Source of the DNA: Malacoraja senta
Taxonomy: Eukaryota
Length of the DNA: 64,000 nt
Reading direction: 5' to 3'
NCBI GenBank assembly: GCA_038087875.1
Contig: CM075998.1
Span: 2,914,001 to 2,978,000 of the forward strand
In this document: positions 39,401 through 54,400 of the stretch, piece after piece
Layout of the letters: each line of letters begins with the position of its first letter
Position numbering within the stretch: position 1 is the first letter of the stretch
Notes under the pieces: generated by a model
Database searches by the model: none
Told to the model about the DNA's origin: nothing
The model's input: the letters and a program-made list of their open reading frames with translations, nothing else
Position numbers and translations under genes: made by a program

Positions 39401-42400
39401 TCATCGTCATCATCTTTACTTGGAGATGTATCTACTCCTGTAGACTACGACAGGAAACAAATAGTTCAGCACTAGAAAATCTGCATCAAATTATAGTTAG
39501 TTTAAATAATTTCCAGAGTTAAACTCCCTGAATTTCTTTTCAGGTCATGAAAATGCTACCAGAAAAATATTCTGAATTTTGACAGGATAACATTTTCTCT
39601 TGGTTGTCTCACACAAGATCAAATTCAGGAATGTGCCATCCCACCACCATGCATGGTGCCTGGTGCTATAGCTCAGAAATAATGTATATGCATTCTGGGC
39701 TCAATTTTCAATAGGAAACAATGAGCATTTTTATATGTGTATACTTGGATCAGCTTTAGGTAGACAGTAAGCATTGCTCTATAATTACCCAAACCATTCA
39801 TTTCTTACCCCTAGAGACTCCAAGATTCCAGATACAGACTTCAAACGTGATCGCCCTCGTCCCCTTCCCACATGACCACCACGTGGTCGCTTTTTACCTG
39901 GAAAACTGTTACAACGACCCTGTTGAAGCAAAATAAACCATTTGCAAATCACCCTTTTATAAAAAGACAATTTCTATTGAGTTTAACTCAATAGAATCTC
40001 TACATCCTCTGACTTTTTATCCTTGGAGTCAGAGGATGTAGACATAAACAAATACTTTATACCAGTACAAATAAAGGAATCTCTCTCTAATCTCTATTCA
40101 TCAAGAAGGACATGGAGGATAGAGGATTAGCGTGGGGTATACTAATATGCAAGGGCATTTTTGGATCAAGGAGGTGGTGATGTTGAGTCTCTTGAAGGGC
40201 ATTAAAGCGCATGTTTTCAGGGAATGATGGAATTTATTCCAGGTTATTGAGAGAGGCAGCAGGAGTTTGCCGAGGCCTTGATAAAGATATGTATGTCCTC
40301 CCTAGCCACAGGAAGGCAATGGAGGAAGAGAGTAGCCAATTTTGGTCATTTATTTAAGAAGGGAAATTGGGTTAATCCAGGAAATTATAGGCCAATGTGC
40401 CTCATACCAGTGGTAGGAAACATTTCTATAGATTTTTTTTTTTAAATGAGCTGATAAAGCAAACACTAGCCCTATAGAAAGTAAGTCTGGAGAATTGATA
40501 ATGGAAACAAGGAGCAGGTGGGATTAATAAAATAGGTCATTAGTATTAGTCTTCAATGTAGAGGGTACAAGTAACCAATGGTTCTTTTAACAGGGATTTG
40601 TAAGGGAGGGAGGAACTCAGGAAAATTACAATCACAGGGAGAGTGGGTTTGCACAAATTATTAGAGCTGCAGACTGACAGATCTGTGTGTTGATGGATTT
40701 CATTTTAGGATCCTAAAAGTGACTGGTGAGAGTTGATACAATAGTTTCACTTTTCCAGCATTATCTAGATTCAGGTAATGCTCCACTGAAATAGCATACG
40801 TAATGATTTTATTCAAAAAGGGAGACAAAGAATAAAACAACAGCCAGTTGCCTTTATATCTGTCATAGGAAAAACATTAGGAGCTTTTACTAAAGATGTT
40901 ATTGCAGGGCACTTATAAAAATTCAATGTAATCAGGCAAAGTCAACATGGTTTTGTGAAAAGGAAATGATGTCTGACCATCATGTCAGAGCCAAACTTTG
41001 AGGGGAGGAAAATAGTATGTGCACTCGCATGCCTACACATTTAATCACGTTTATCGGCAGCCATTTCCCCAAGTATTCAACCTCGTTCCCATTTTAACTG
41101 CCTTAAGGCAGAAACAACTATTTTCCCCTGTCCTCACCTGTTTGACCCGAGGTCGACCTGGTGAGAAACGTCGCTTCATAACTGCAGGCTTGCCAGATTC
41201 ACCTTTCATCATACCAGGGTCAGCTGGCAAGGAATCCTCTGTTTCTGTTAGCCGCAAGTCTGAATTTGATTTTTCAGCCTCATCTTCCAGCCTTGGAGAA
41301 ATATCATCTGTTGCCGTCATACAAACGTCCATTGAAACCAAACCAGCATCACGGTCTAAAGTATTTGAAAAATCTGGTTCCAAGCAGGTGCTATTTGAGT
41401 CAGTTTGACTTTGATTCGACATCTCCTCCACAATCTCAGATTTAATGAGCATGTTACAGGCAGAGTCTGTGCTTACAGCATCCTGCACTTCCATCTGAGT
41501 ATCTTGCTCAGTCTTCACCCTATTACCTGCAGGTAGAACCTCCATAGGAGTCGCTTCATCATTATTGTCCATCTCAACAGGCTCTCTCTTAGTCTCCATT
41601 CCATCAGAGACCAAGTCAGAAACATCACCTCTATCCACAGACCCACAAGTTGAATCAGCAGGAATATCACAGAGCTCAGTTTTATCTTTATGGATTTTGT
41701 CAGTCTCCTGCTTGATAACAAAGGAAGCACCATCTCGCTGTGTTTCAGCAGAAGTACTGACAGAATCCATCAAGTCAGGGTCTGTGGCAAGGTGATTGGC
41801 TTTTGTATCCTGTGGAATGGAACTATTGGGATGAGCATCCATGTCTGCTTGAATGCAAGTCTCCGCCTGGTCTAAGCTTTCCATTTTTATTTCCTTTGTC
41901 TGTAAGAAATGTTCTGGTTGATCGGTCTTATCTGAACTAGAGTGTTCTGTAAATTCTGTTTCTGTAGACTCCAGTGAACTTTTAATGCTCTCAGATTGTG
42001 GTCCATCTGTCCCACCTTCACAGGTCTTATGAATCTCTGTGTTATGAGAAGATTGGACTCCCTCAGTGAGATGTTCATGTTCAGTTTCTTTCTCTGCAGT
42101 TGAGACTCCAACTCCATTTTCCTCCAAAGGAGCAAGAGACGGAGATTCTACCCGTTCCACGACGTTAACGCGAGAAATTTGTTGCTTTGGATTTTCCAGT
42201 TCCACGTTACCACCTGCGTTGATAGAATCTAACAAAAACATTTCAATTAGCACAGTATTGGTAAGCTCTCTATCACCTATCCTCCACCGACATTATTAAC
42301 CTTCAAATTATTTTACAACATTCTTTATAACTATGCCATTGACGGGTTTAAAAACAAATTATTACAAATTAAGTTTGAAGAACAAAGGAGTTCTTGAAAT

Positions 42401-45400
42401 CATTAGAATCTGATTACATGATGCAGTAGAGTTATTTGGTTTGGATTCGAAATACCAGTCTTCAGGAGCTCCATAACAACTTGTGCGAGATGGCATAAAC
42501 TAAGAAAACATTACAATATTTAAATGCTTCAGTTGCAATGCCCACTGGCATTTCAGTAAGGTACACATGTGAATTTATAAAGAATTTGTAATTCCCTCCC
42601 ATGTTTCGTTTTCAAAAAGCTGTCTACCTCACTGTGTTACCTGCAAGACTAAAAAAAATGTGGGTTCAAAAGCCATAATGGGTACAAGCTCAGTCTAAGT
42701 CAACATTTGATGTTGTATAAAATATATTCTGCAAACAAGTTTAAAACCTAGATTCCTTGTTGCCCTTCAATAGCCTATGGGAATATGTAAACACTAACAA
42801 AATATTGGTATGTGATACGCTGGTCAACATTTCTCACTCAAGCAAAAACCAAAAACAGATAAAGTGTTTCTCTTATATCTTTCCACAGGGTATTGTTGGT
42901 ACAGAATGGTGCTGAATTAACCTGCGTAACAGTAACTTCTACATAAAAGAGTAAGAGTCTCTAAACTAAAATAATCCATTGTGCAATCCTCCCAAGTCAC
43001 CTTGTGGACATCGTTTTTTCATTGCATTCATTGATGTATTAGTGGCAGCACTCAATGGGAACAGTAACAGCCAAACAAATTATTAGTGATGAAATGCAGG
43101 TCCAAGTGGCCAGTGAGGCCAACCAGTAGACTTGATTCTGAAGAGCATGAACAGTGGCATCCAAGCACCAGATGTGGTTGAAGATGCAGTGTAATGAATG
43201 AGTGGGTGATTTACAAAACTGCAAAATGTAGTAGGCCCACAAAAAGACAAAGACGGATATTAAGCAAGGAATTAAGTTTGTGATGGAACTGCTACAAGGC
43301 AAAACATTAACATTAGTAATCTTATTAGTGCTCCATGAAATTGTTACACATAAATGTTTGGATATTTTCAATATGGTCAATTAAAAAAGTTTAGACGTTT
43401 TCAATGGAGTGTATGTGGAAGTCTGATGTTTTTCCCCTGAACCCTCCTTAATTGGTTTAGCAATACAAGATCACAAGAGACTGCAGAAGCTGCAATTTTG
43501 AGAAAAGTGCTGAAGGAACTTCACGGATCAGGTAACATTTGTGGAGAGAATGGACAGATGACATTTCGGGGGGGGACTGTTCTTCAGACTGATAGAAATT
43601 TTGTGTTTCAATAATTCTATTCCCATCCACCCACACACAACATCCATTCTGCTTTCTCCTAATTCAATATGTTAATGTATGTGAAAGCATTAATTCCTAC
43701 TGCGCTTCGCTTTTCCTAACAAATGGTCATCTGTCTCAGGTTATCTGAATAATGAAAATCAGTAGAGTACAGGGGCAGGGTAGAGAGAAAAATCAGTTTA
43801 GCTACACACTCTGCAAGCGATTATTTTATTGCACTGGGTTAATATTCTAGAATTCCATACCCAAAAACATGCAAGCGCAATCAACGGATTCTAGCAGGAC
43901 AAAAACTAAGACAGAATGGATGTTTCAGGCAGCAAATATTGAAACTATTTGATTGTGTTTATGAAAATAAATTCAGTTGTACAAAAGGGACATGAAAATA
44001 ACAGTTACAAGTCAAGAGCACATGTCACAACAGATGAAACAACCACAGTTTAAGAGGAGATTTCTCACCCTCGTGTTCATGCAAAGATTCTTCAGCACTA
44101 CATTCACTCGTCAATTGCTGTTCTGGTTTCAAATCTTTTTGCTGCCTTTCAGTCCACTCACTTAGTTCTTTCATTTTCTCTGTTCAACAGAAAATAATAT
44201 TTTACAGGTTATTTAAAATAATGATTGTAAATAACCCCAGAGACTTCAAGAGCAGTCCTTTGATTTAACAAATGTGCCGTTTTATAAAGCATGAATTTGC
44301 AATTCCACAAGCCACGATAAGTTCAATCCTTACATCTTGATCTTAGCAATATCACTGGAGAGGATATGCAAAAGTCATCATGACTTCTGTTACGCTTCAC
44401 ATTAGATCAGAAAAGCAAAACAGACTGCCATCCATTTTGTTGCATAGATAGGAATAAATTATTCCCTTCAAAACAAATGAATGGACTGCATGGACACAAA
44501 GTGCTGGAGTAACTCAGCGGGTCAGGCAGCATCTCTGGAGAAAAGGAATAGGTGACGTTTTGGGTCGAGAATCTTCTTCACTTAATGGACTGTGTTGCAC
44601 TACTGCCTTTGGTATTGCACTATTATTGTTACCTAGCATTACAGTTATTAGTTTGTTGTATGTAGATGCAACAAGCTGTCAGAGAAAGTGGTTGAGACTG
44701 GTACAATAACAACATTTAAAGGACATTGGACAGGCACATGGTCAGGAAAGGTTTGGAGGACTATGGGTCAAATGGAACTAGCATAGGTTGGCATGGAATG
44801 TTTGGCGGAAAGGCTTGTTTCCATGCTATATTCCTGTATGACTCTAAAGTAAGTAAGTAATTTTTATTTATATAGCACTTTTAAATCAAATCATGTTGAA
44901 GCCAAAGTGCTTTACAGAGAAAAAAAATTAGATTACCATACATCCATATAAAATAAAAAAGAAGAAAAAGACACAATACACTATAGGATTCCACATGAAC
45001 GTCCGTCCCCCCAACAGCAGAATCAACACTTTCCACTGTGAGGGAAGACACCAAAAAGTCCAGTCCTCTTCCAAACAAAAGAGCAACCAATCTACAAAAG
45101 GCACAATACATCAGAAAAAATAGTAGCAAATGGCAAATCATTCTGTGCCAGAGTGCCATCACCTGTCAAGTGGCCCACATAAAATGAACTATTTGCAGAC
45201 TAAATGACCACTGCAGTATCATAGATATTTATAGTAATTGAAACAGCAAAAATGTGACTCAAAATCATGTCACAGATCATAACAGATGAACACCATACTC
45301 AAGACTATATGAATTAGCTTGTTAAAAGCAAAACAATCAAGAAACATTGTGCGCTAACCATTCTAGCAAGGAAATGCTATAATTCCGAGAACTGTTGGCA

Positions 45401-48400
45401 AGCCTTTGGCAAGGGCAGATATAGTATAATGAATAGGCAGATGGGATAGAAGGAGACCTCACAGGGCAAAAAGGATACCAAGTGCTTATGGGTAGGATGA
45501 TCCCATCCAATGGGACAGATGTGACTCATGAGCCCTATATGGTTCGTGACAGCTAAAGGTGGTGCCATTTGTAATACTGGAATTTGATAATTGCAAGATG
45601 CGAATTCTGTCAAAAGTCAGGAATTTCTCATCCCTAATGTGTGGACATCACAAAAGGTAGGACAACTCCTTAATGAGATCAACATTCAAACAATTACATA
45701 ACGTTGCTGAAAGTCGCAAGAGGAACTTACATCAAAATGACTGAAAGATTAAAATGATCACTTTGGTAAACTATGCTAGATTTTATTGCCAGTCAAATGA
45801 AGCATGCATTCAATGCGGTCATAACAATACACTGAAAGTCGCAGTTCCAATTCCTTCAAGGTTACAGTGTGATTAATAACAGCTAAAGTCTGCAGTGCAA
45901 CAGGATCCAAGTGATCAAATAAAACAGGTACACTATATTCTGTGACTTGGCTTGCAAAAGCATTTTCAATGTTGCCAGGCCAGTGCAATTAAACTTTTCA
46001 GAGCAAACAAGTAAATCTATTCAACCATACCCGATGCCGCTGACTCAAGTTTCAATTGCCTTTCATCAACCGGCTCAGCAGATGAAAGCCCTGTATGTTG
46101 CAGTGAGTTTTTACACGTTGCACATGTGTACTGTTGCCCTGGCAAATTGAGAGATGAAGGGCCACAGTCTGTATGGATCCACCTGAGGATAAGAAATACA
46201 AGCTCATGAAAAATATAAAACTTTAAACTGCGAAGATAAAATAGACGTATGAACTAAATGCTGGAAAGAATATTATTACAACTCAATCCTATTCAGAATC
46301 TCTGATATCATTTGAATCCCTGATTGCAAATTGGAATAATAAAAACATCAGACTTCCCTGGAGAGGGGGAAAGGTTGTGGACAAGCATTACTGACACCAC
46401 TGGCTGATCTCACACTCCAGCTAAGAACTAGAGTGCATGAGGGACTCTTAAAATGGGGAGGAGGATATTATAGTAATATGTCTCCTAAAATGAATTGAAA
46501 AAGATTGAATGCAAAAGCAAATAATGCAAATACAAAAAAAATTACCGCCGATCAAGTGAAAGCATGGCCAGTTAGCGATGGGATAGTTACCGATGCAAAA
46601 GTTCTGCACAATTATATACAAGACTTCACCAACTACGTTCTTGGTTGAAGAACATTAAAATTCACCAACATTCACTTGTAACCCAAATATGTTATCACTA
46701 AATAACAGGAAGGGAAAGAAAAAAAGCACTTAAATGCTTTCAAAGAAACCATGTATGCTATGCTGTGATTTATGATGGAACCAATTGACAATAATGGCTG
46801 TTGCTAATCTAACAGTTTTTCCAGACCAAATTAATATCTAACGTCAGAAGCCACTTACTTTTGGCAGACATGGCAGTTTAAAGTGTCATCTGTTTGTCCA
46901 TTTGTTTTACCACATATCGTACACACAGCACTGTCCCTGTTCCTTTGCCAGTAACATTTCTCACAAACGGAGTAGTTCTGATGCCACTGCGTATTGGCAT
47001 GTTTCCCTGCAGATCTTGAACCACAATCACTGCACACACGACAGTTCTGCAGAAAAGAATTTGTAAGTGAAATTGGTTTGAATATGTCAAATCCTATCTT
47101 TTAACCATTTGACAATGGCAACCAGTGCAGCTCCTCAAACGAGTAAAATAAGGTTGGAACAGTTCCATAAATTGCACTGAAAACAAATCGCAACACAAGA
47201 CTTTGTCTCACAATCGTTCCACGATGTACATGAAGGATAGAACATAATGTGGGGCCATATACTTTGGTAGAAAAAAAATAGAAAGGCTGAGATTTTGTTT
47301 TAAATAGTGGCAGATTGAAAGGGATTGCCATTCATTAAATCTGGGTGATCTGGGTGTCTGTAAACAAACAATTGGAAGTTAATCTGGAGGTACAGCAAGC
47401 AATTTAAAAGGTAAACAGTAAACTGGTCTTTATTGCAAGAGGATGCCAGTGCGTGAGTAAAGATGTCTTACTGACATTACACAAGTCTGTCAGCACTGCA
47501 AATATCCCATATACAGGTCTCCCTCACTAAGAAAGGAATTGCTTTCTGTAAATGCAAGGAAGCCTCCCCTGATTGATTCATTGAGGAGAATGAGAGGCGA
47601 TCTCAATGAAACTTACAGGATTCTTACGGGGTTAAGACACATTCAGAGATGATATTGGCTGGGGCATCTATGAACAAAGATCGAAGTCTCAGAATAAGGA
47701 GTCGGCATTCAGGAATGAGATGAGAAGTGATTTCTTCACCAAGAGGGCGATAAATCTTTCAAATTCTCTACCCAAGAAGATTCTAGAGCTTCAGTCACTG
47801 ACAGTTTTCAGACAAAGATACATTTTTTGAATATTGTGGAAATCAATGGAAATTGAGTTAATGTAGGAATATGTTGGTTCGGTTAAGGATCACCATGATT
47901 TTATTGAATGACACAGTTAGGACAAGGGTTCAACTGCCCACTCCTGATTTTGTTACTTTAATCATCATCCAAGAAAATAGTTCATCCCAGAATTCCCAGT
48001 GTCAAAAGCAAGAGTGCTTAGAAAAACGTTGCAATTTCTCAACCATCATTTTTAGATCGATGTTTAGACTCCATCGCGAATTATACAACACAACAGATTG
48101 GTCATCATGCACACCGCTATAATGAAGATGATTACTTTGTCATCTACATCTGCTTCTGATACACACAGACAGACGAACCTTGCATTTCCAGCTGTCCGTA
48201 GGTAGCGACTCCATTGCTGGTTTTAAGCAAAACGTATGATAGCCCTTGTCACACGCATCACACACAAGCATCATAGTGTCTGCACCAGGCTGCCTACATG
48301 GATGCAACGGGAGGTGTTACAAACTAATCTACACAAATTTATAACATTACTGTAGTGCCAAAATATTTTACGGATGTTATCGTAAATGTGAACACTAATT

Positions 48401-51400
48401 TTCCATTAAATGTATTGCATTATTTAATGAGCATCATTATGTAAAATCAACAGTCCAATAAAAAATTGCCTGCATGCTACACATTACAGTAAAACTATAC
48501 AGATTTCTTGATTAGTACGGGTGTCAGGGGTTATGGGAAGAAGGCAGGAGAATGGAGTTGAGGGAAAGATAGATCAGCTATGACTGAATGGCAGAGTGGA
48601 CTTGATGGGCCGAATGGCCTAATTCTGCTCCTACAACTTATGAAATCAAGATACCATCATACAACGACTTGACAAAGAGAACATGGAATACCCTCCATCA
48701 TCTTAGATTGTTCACTTTGCAACTATTCATATTCTAATTGTGCAATTTTTCAAAAATGGCCTTCCCCTTCCTTTAACAACGATGTATCACGGGTGCACAT
48801 TTTGTCGATCTGAAAGAGTTACGTACCTGCACGTCTGGCATACTTTGCACTCAGGACACTGCCAACCAGCACGTTTAACTGGTGTCACTACGATTTCCAG
48901 GCATGCACCATGATAGTGCAGTCCACAGCTGGTACAGAAGAGAAGGTCCAGGAGATCCCCTGGAGCATCACACACACCACAATTGGCCTCATCCTTTGCT
49001 AAAATGAAAGAAAAATGGCAACATAATTACGAGTTGGTTGTTAAGAATTTGTTGCAGGTGACCAATTTCAATTCACAGTAAAAAGGAAACTCAACAGATT
49101 ATCTTCCAACATATTTCATTTCATGATCGTTTTAATCTGTAAACTAAGATAGTCAGACATGAGGCGTCTTTTTGGCTGCCATGGAAGCATCCTTATTCTA
49201 GCAACGAGACGAACCATGTTCATGGGTAGCATTTTCCATCCGTCAACGTCACAAAAAAATAGGTGGCTGATCATCATTACGTTACTTGTAAGAGTTTGTG
49301 TGTAAAGTGGCTGTCATGCACCCTATAATGCTGGTACACTTGAGAAGGTACTTCATTGGTTGTAAAAACACTTTGCAATACCCCAAGATCATTAAAGCCA
49401 ATGTGTAAATGCAATTCTTTCTCTTCATTCATCTGATTTAATGCAGTATTATAATCAGCATTGGAAAATGGAACAGTTCTGGCAAGTTCCCACAGGGAGG
49501 ATCACTCGAGGAAAATTCATATTTCTCCAATATGGTCAACCACTGAAAAAATTGCCTACTGCGCATTACAGTCACAGATATTAGTAATGCACACTGGGAC
49601 TATATCAAGAACATACTGGGGAATAATCTGCTGGATTCGTTTGCCCACAGTCCAGACCTGTCCACACTTATCTGGAACAGATGGGGAGAGCCAAGCCACC
49701 TCATTCAGACCCAAGAGGTGTAACAATGCCTTCGCTGCAAGTTGACCTCAGACATATTGCAATGGCCTCACTCCCAAAAAACCAAAACAACTTTTGAAGA
49801 GAGGCAAAGCTGGAGGCCTACAGTCAGGACTGGAAGACCTTGTTTGATACCATTTTTAATTGTTTCTATTATTCAAAGGCATTTAAGTGCTATTAAAAAT
49901 GTTTTAACCAACAATAAAAATGCTTTAAATATATAATAATGTTAAAGGGCCTGTCCCACTTACGCGATTTTTTCGGAGACTTGCTGGCACCCGTCATAGT
50001 CGCAGCAGGTCGCCGAAAATGTTCAAAATGTTGAAAATCCAGCAGCTACCAGAAAAAGGTCCGACTCTTTGGGCAACTACTCATGGCCATACAGGCGACG
50101 TGTTTGGTCGTGAGTAGTCGCCCAAAGAGTCGTACCTTTTTCTGGTCGCCGCAACCTGCTGCGACTATGACGGGTGCCAGCAAGTCACCGAAAAAAACGC
50201 GTAAGTGGGATAGGCCCTCAAGTAAGCAAATAAATACCTTTTCATCTATCTACAGGGATTGGAATGAACATTCAAATGTATGGGACCATAGGTCTGACCA
50301 GTCTAGGATCAGAGAGATGGATCTCCAGCAAATGTGCACTAAAAGTAGAGCAAGGGAACTATTCACCCAAGATTGCTTAAATCTTTTTCATATACTTGCA
50401 AGATTAGGCAAATTAATGCCTAGATCAAAGCAAACACCCGATTAACACCAACATCCTAAGAAAAGGTTCTCACTTTAAATACATAAACAAATTATATTTG
50501 CATGCAATAGATTTATTCTTGTACCAGATTTAGCAACTATCAACTCCCCGCACAACGTGAATAACATCATGAGCATGCATGTTTCTATAAAAGCACATTC
50601 TACTACCTATTTGCACTGCTTTATCTGTATGGTCTGGACAGAGAAGCGTCAGGGTTTTCATTGACTGAAAGGATCCAGATGCTGCTGCACAGGGAAAGTG
50701 GTACGATCTTAAGCATCCTTCCATCTGGCATCGGATGGTGGCACCCAACCGTTTACAATATTCGCATTTCTATGAAAGCAAATACAAACAAAGTTAATCT
50801 TCAAATGCTGCGCATGGTTATTATATATTTCCAGTACAACATTTAGTTAGAAATAGAAATCAGGCAAATACTCATTGCAACAAAATACTATTTTACAAAT
50901 ACAGAATCAAAATGGAAACATTTCAAGTGCGCTCTCATAATTTTGTCTGGATTAGAGGTGCTGGACCACCAGTTGCCAGAAAAACGATGGTGGACCCGTA
51001 CTAACCACTTTCTGACTAGAAATACAGGTAAGCAGCAACAGTTATTTCAGTAAATGGTCGACAAGTCAGAGGACCTGGCCTATTATTGGATTTTACAAGG
51101 AAGGAGATACTCCAAAATGCTACAATTGCCTTTGGACCCATTTTTGAGGCCTTGGATCCATCTCAATTTCCTTCTCCCTCCCCACCCATTTATTCCATCA
51201 TAAAGATGCAATAAGAAATGGGATCATCCAGGTTAACACATCTATTTAAGTGGAACTACTGGGGCTAGTTTCTGTCTTCAGTCAACGACGGTTGATACAA
51301 CAGTGGGAGGAAGCAGAAACGCATTTGTCTGTCACCATGTTATGCAGTCGCATTTAGTGCTCTGACAAGTTGAGATTGCGGCCCTCAAAGTTAGTAATAA

Positions 51401-54400
51401 TCATTGAAGACAATTACTCAGACCTGTAACACTTCAGAATGCATTACATGAAGAACTTTGAGATGTGAGCTCACCTGCGAGATACCTGAGATTACAGCTT
51501 TATCCACATTGACCAGTCCTTGCCCCTCACCCTGCACAACATCATGTGACCAGGCTGCACACCAATGGTGAGCCCAGAAATGCCCTGTGGAAAGAGAAGT
51601 CAAGAATAAAAAACTCAGTGGAGAGCAAACCTGTCAAAAACAAAATAAAAATGGAGGATATTTATTTGTTGGTAATTTATTAAATTAACATCCAAATACA
51701 TTAAGCTAATAAAAAGACTTTGGAACAGCTTATCTGCCAATTTGAAGACCCTAATGCAATTTAGGGAGAATATTCAATTGCAAACTAGCTCAGCCAATTA
51801 GGTTAGATGGTTACAAAAGATAGGCTACACTACGAGTTAGTGCCTGGTAACCCAACCCAAGCCTGCTGGAACCCAAATGTGTGTCAGATCGAATCTACAT
51901 TCCGTTAGATCTTTTAGATTCAGGTCGTGTTGGTAAATGCCAACTGGCTCAGTGCTTTATTTAGATTCTTTTCAATTTGGCTCAGTTTGCAGGAACAGCT
52001 GGGTTAGCTAGATACTTAGCTAGGGAGGGGACAAGAGATTTGGACAGTGAAGGGTGGGTGGTATTTAGGCATTGATTTCAAGTTTGACAGCGTCAAAGAC
52101 ATTGTGGAATACTCAGCAAAAGAGTAGAGAGAAAACAGTTCTGGGCTACTCTCAGATATCTGCTCAAGTTAGCATTTAATTTTTTCTACCTGGCTCTGGC
52201 TAATGGACCCTTGCATTTGATGAACACAAGTCCACTTGGAATGATATTCAGACTGTTATAACTCACTCACCTAAGAATGTAGGTACATAAGAAGTAGGAG
52301 GAGAGTGTGAGCCATTTTGCCCCTTGAGCCTGCTGATACTAAAACACATCCACTTTTATGCCAAACCCTATGGCTCTCAGTTCACTTCATGCCCCCCCCA
52401 AAATTAACATCAGCCTTCAATGTACTTGACTAAGCAGCACAACATGCCAGGCTAGTGAATGAGGGCTAACTTCAACCCAGGCCTTGCAAGTAATTGAGTG
52501 AGAAAAAAAAATTGCACCAATCTCCATACCTAAATATGCATTTGTATAAATACTCATTTTGCTTTCCCATGGTTTAGCCCCACATAAACGATCACATCCT
52601 ACACAGTGACACTAGTTACACTTAAATAATAGAAAACCAATTAAGCCACCAGTAGTCAAGAGTATTACAGAGGAGAATGTCTGTGTGCAAGAATAAATGT
52701 TCACATGATTACTATTTTTGGCAGCTGCTTAGCAGTATCCCTCGACATAAAAAGGGTTGAAAAATACATTTAGCACCTGAACTCAAACATCTCAGTGTTT
52801 CAATTATGTTTCATTATTTGAAGTGCAGCAAATTACGTAAGCAAATGTGAAAGCTATTTTGCGCACGGCAAAATCCTCAAAACAATTAGATGACAGACCA
52901 GTTAAATTATTGTTTGGACATGTTGCCGAGGGAAGAATGCAGCCAAAAATCTGAAAGAATACATTGCTTTTTAAACTGTGTCTTGTAATCCTAAAACTGA
53001 ACAATTCAAACAGGCAGACGAGACCTTCAAATGACATTTGATCTAAAAGACAATGCAACATTCCTCCTCAAGTGTGTTGTTCCATCAGTCTTGCATTGAG
53101 AAGTGCAAGTTCTGAAATCTGCCATCAAGCTTCTGACTCAAGAAAGAATGAATTATCAACTGAGCCAAAATAAATGCAGTATCACATGCTACATAGAGGC
53201 GTTCTGTTCGATCACACACCAGTAGATGCCACAATGCTGAATTGGGTAACTGCATCACATTAAGACTAAAAGAGTCTCTCTGACTTGATATCTCGTCTGA
53301 AAATAAAAATGCAGCCCAAGTGGCAGCAGTCAAGAATAACAAAAAGATCGGAGGGAAGCAAACAGGGTACTTGAATTCCTCGTAACAGGTCCGTGGGGTG
53401 AAGAGAGAAGAATACAGGGAAAAAAAAATTTGCTGCATTTTCCAGGTAATTGAGACAGAAGTCACAGAATGGTTGCAGCATAGGAGGTGGCCATTTGGCC
53501 TGCCAAGTCCATACTGTCTCACTCCGTCTCTTTCCCAAGGCCGTGCAAATTCTTTCCTTTCTGATACACATTGTAGCAAGCAATTGCTACAATTAAACCT
53601 ACCACCACCACTACTACCCTGGCAGTGCATTCGAATTCCGTCTATAACTTTCACGACTTTAAATACCTCTATCAGATCCACTCACAATCTCTGTTGTTGC
53701 AGCTTCTCCAACCCACACATAACTAAAGTAACTCAACCCCAGAACCATTTTTAGTTACTCTCCTCTGCACCCTGTCAAAATCTTTCCTGAACTTGCACTC
53801 TCTCCTGTGCAACCACATCCTTCACATAGTGCAGCAACCAAAGCTTCAGAGAAAACTCCAAGTGTGGCCTAACCAGTGTTTTGTAAAGTTGCAACATAAT
53901 GTCCCAACTTTGCAGTTACTTATGTCAAGCAAACCACATACCTTCTTCACCATCCTATCTACCTGTTTTGGCACTTTTCAGGGAACTATGAACTTGAACC
54001 CACATCTCTTTGTTCATCAACGTTTCCTCAGTGCCCTACCATTTACTGCATACATCACTTCCCCTATTTGACTTCCCAAAATGCATCACATTGCACTGCC
54101 CTGCACAACATTTCATCCAATTTAGACTCTGCCGCAGCACCAAACAACTTTCCTTGCTAATCACAATGCTACCAATCTTTTTGTCGTCTGCAAACTTACT
54201 AATCATTTCTACTGCATCACACCAAAGTCATTGATAGATATCACAACGGATCCAACCTCTGTGCTATACCACTGATTACACACTTAGAAATCAGAAAAGC
54301 CTCCATCCACCACTGCACCCATCACCGACAAAACACATATTGTTCAGGGCATCAAGAGGTATGGATTTAAACAAGATTAAAATAACTTGATGTTTAATGA

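Noticed and set aside
53085-53681. 198-aa minus-strand ORF
   Set aside because: It begins in a decayed CR1 (DLIEVFK) and reads through into non-coding sequence.
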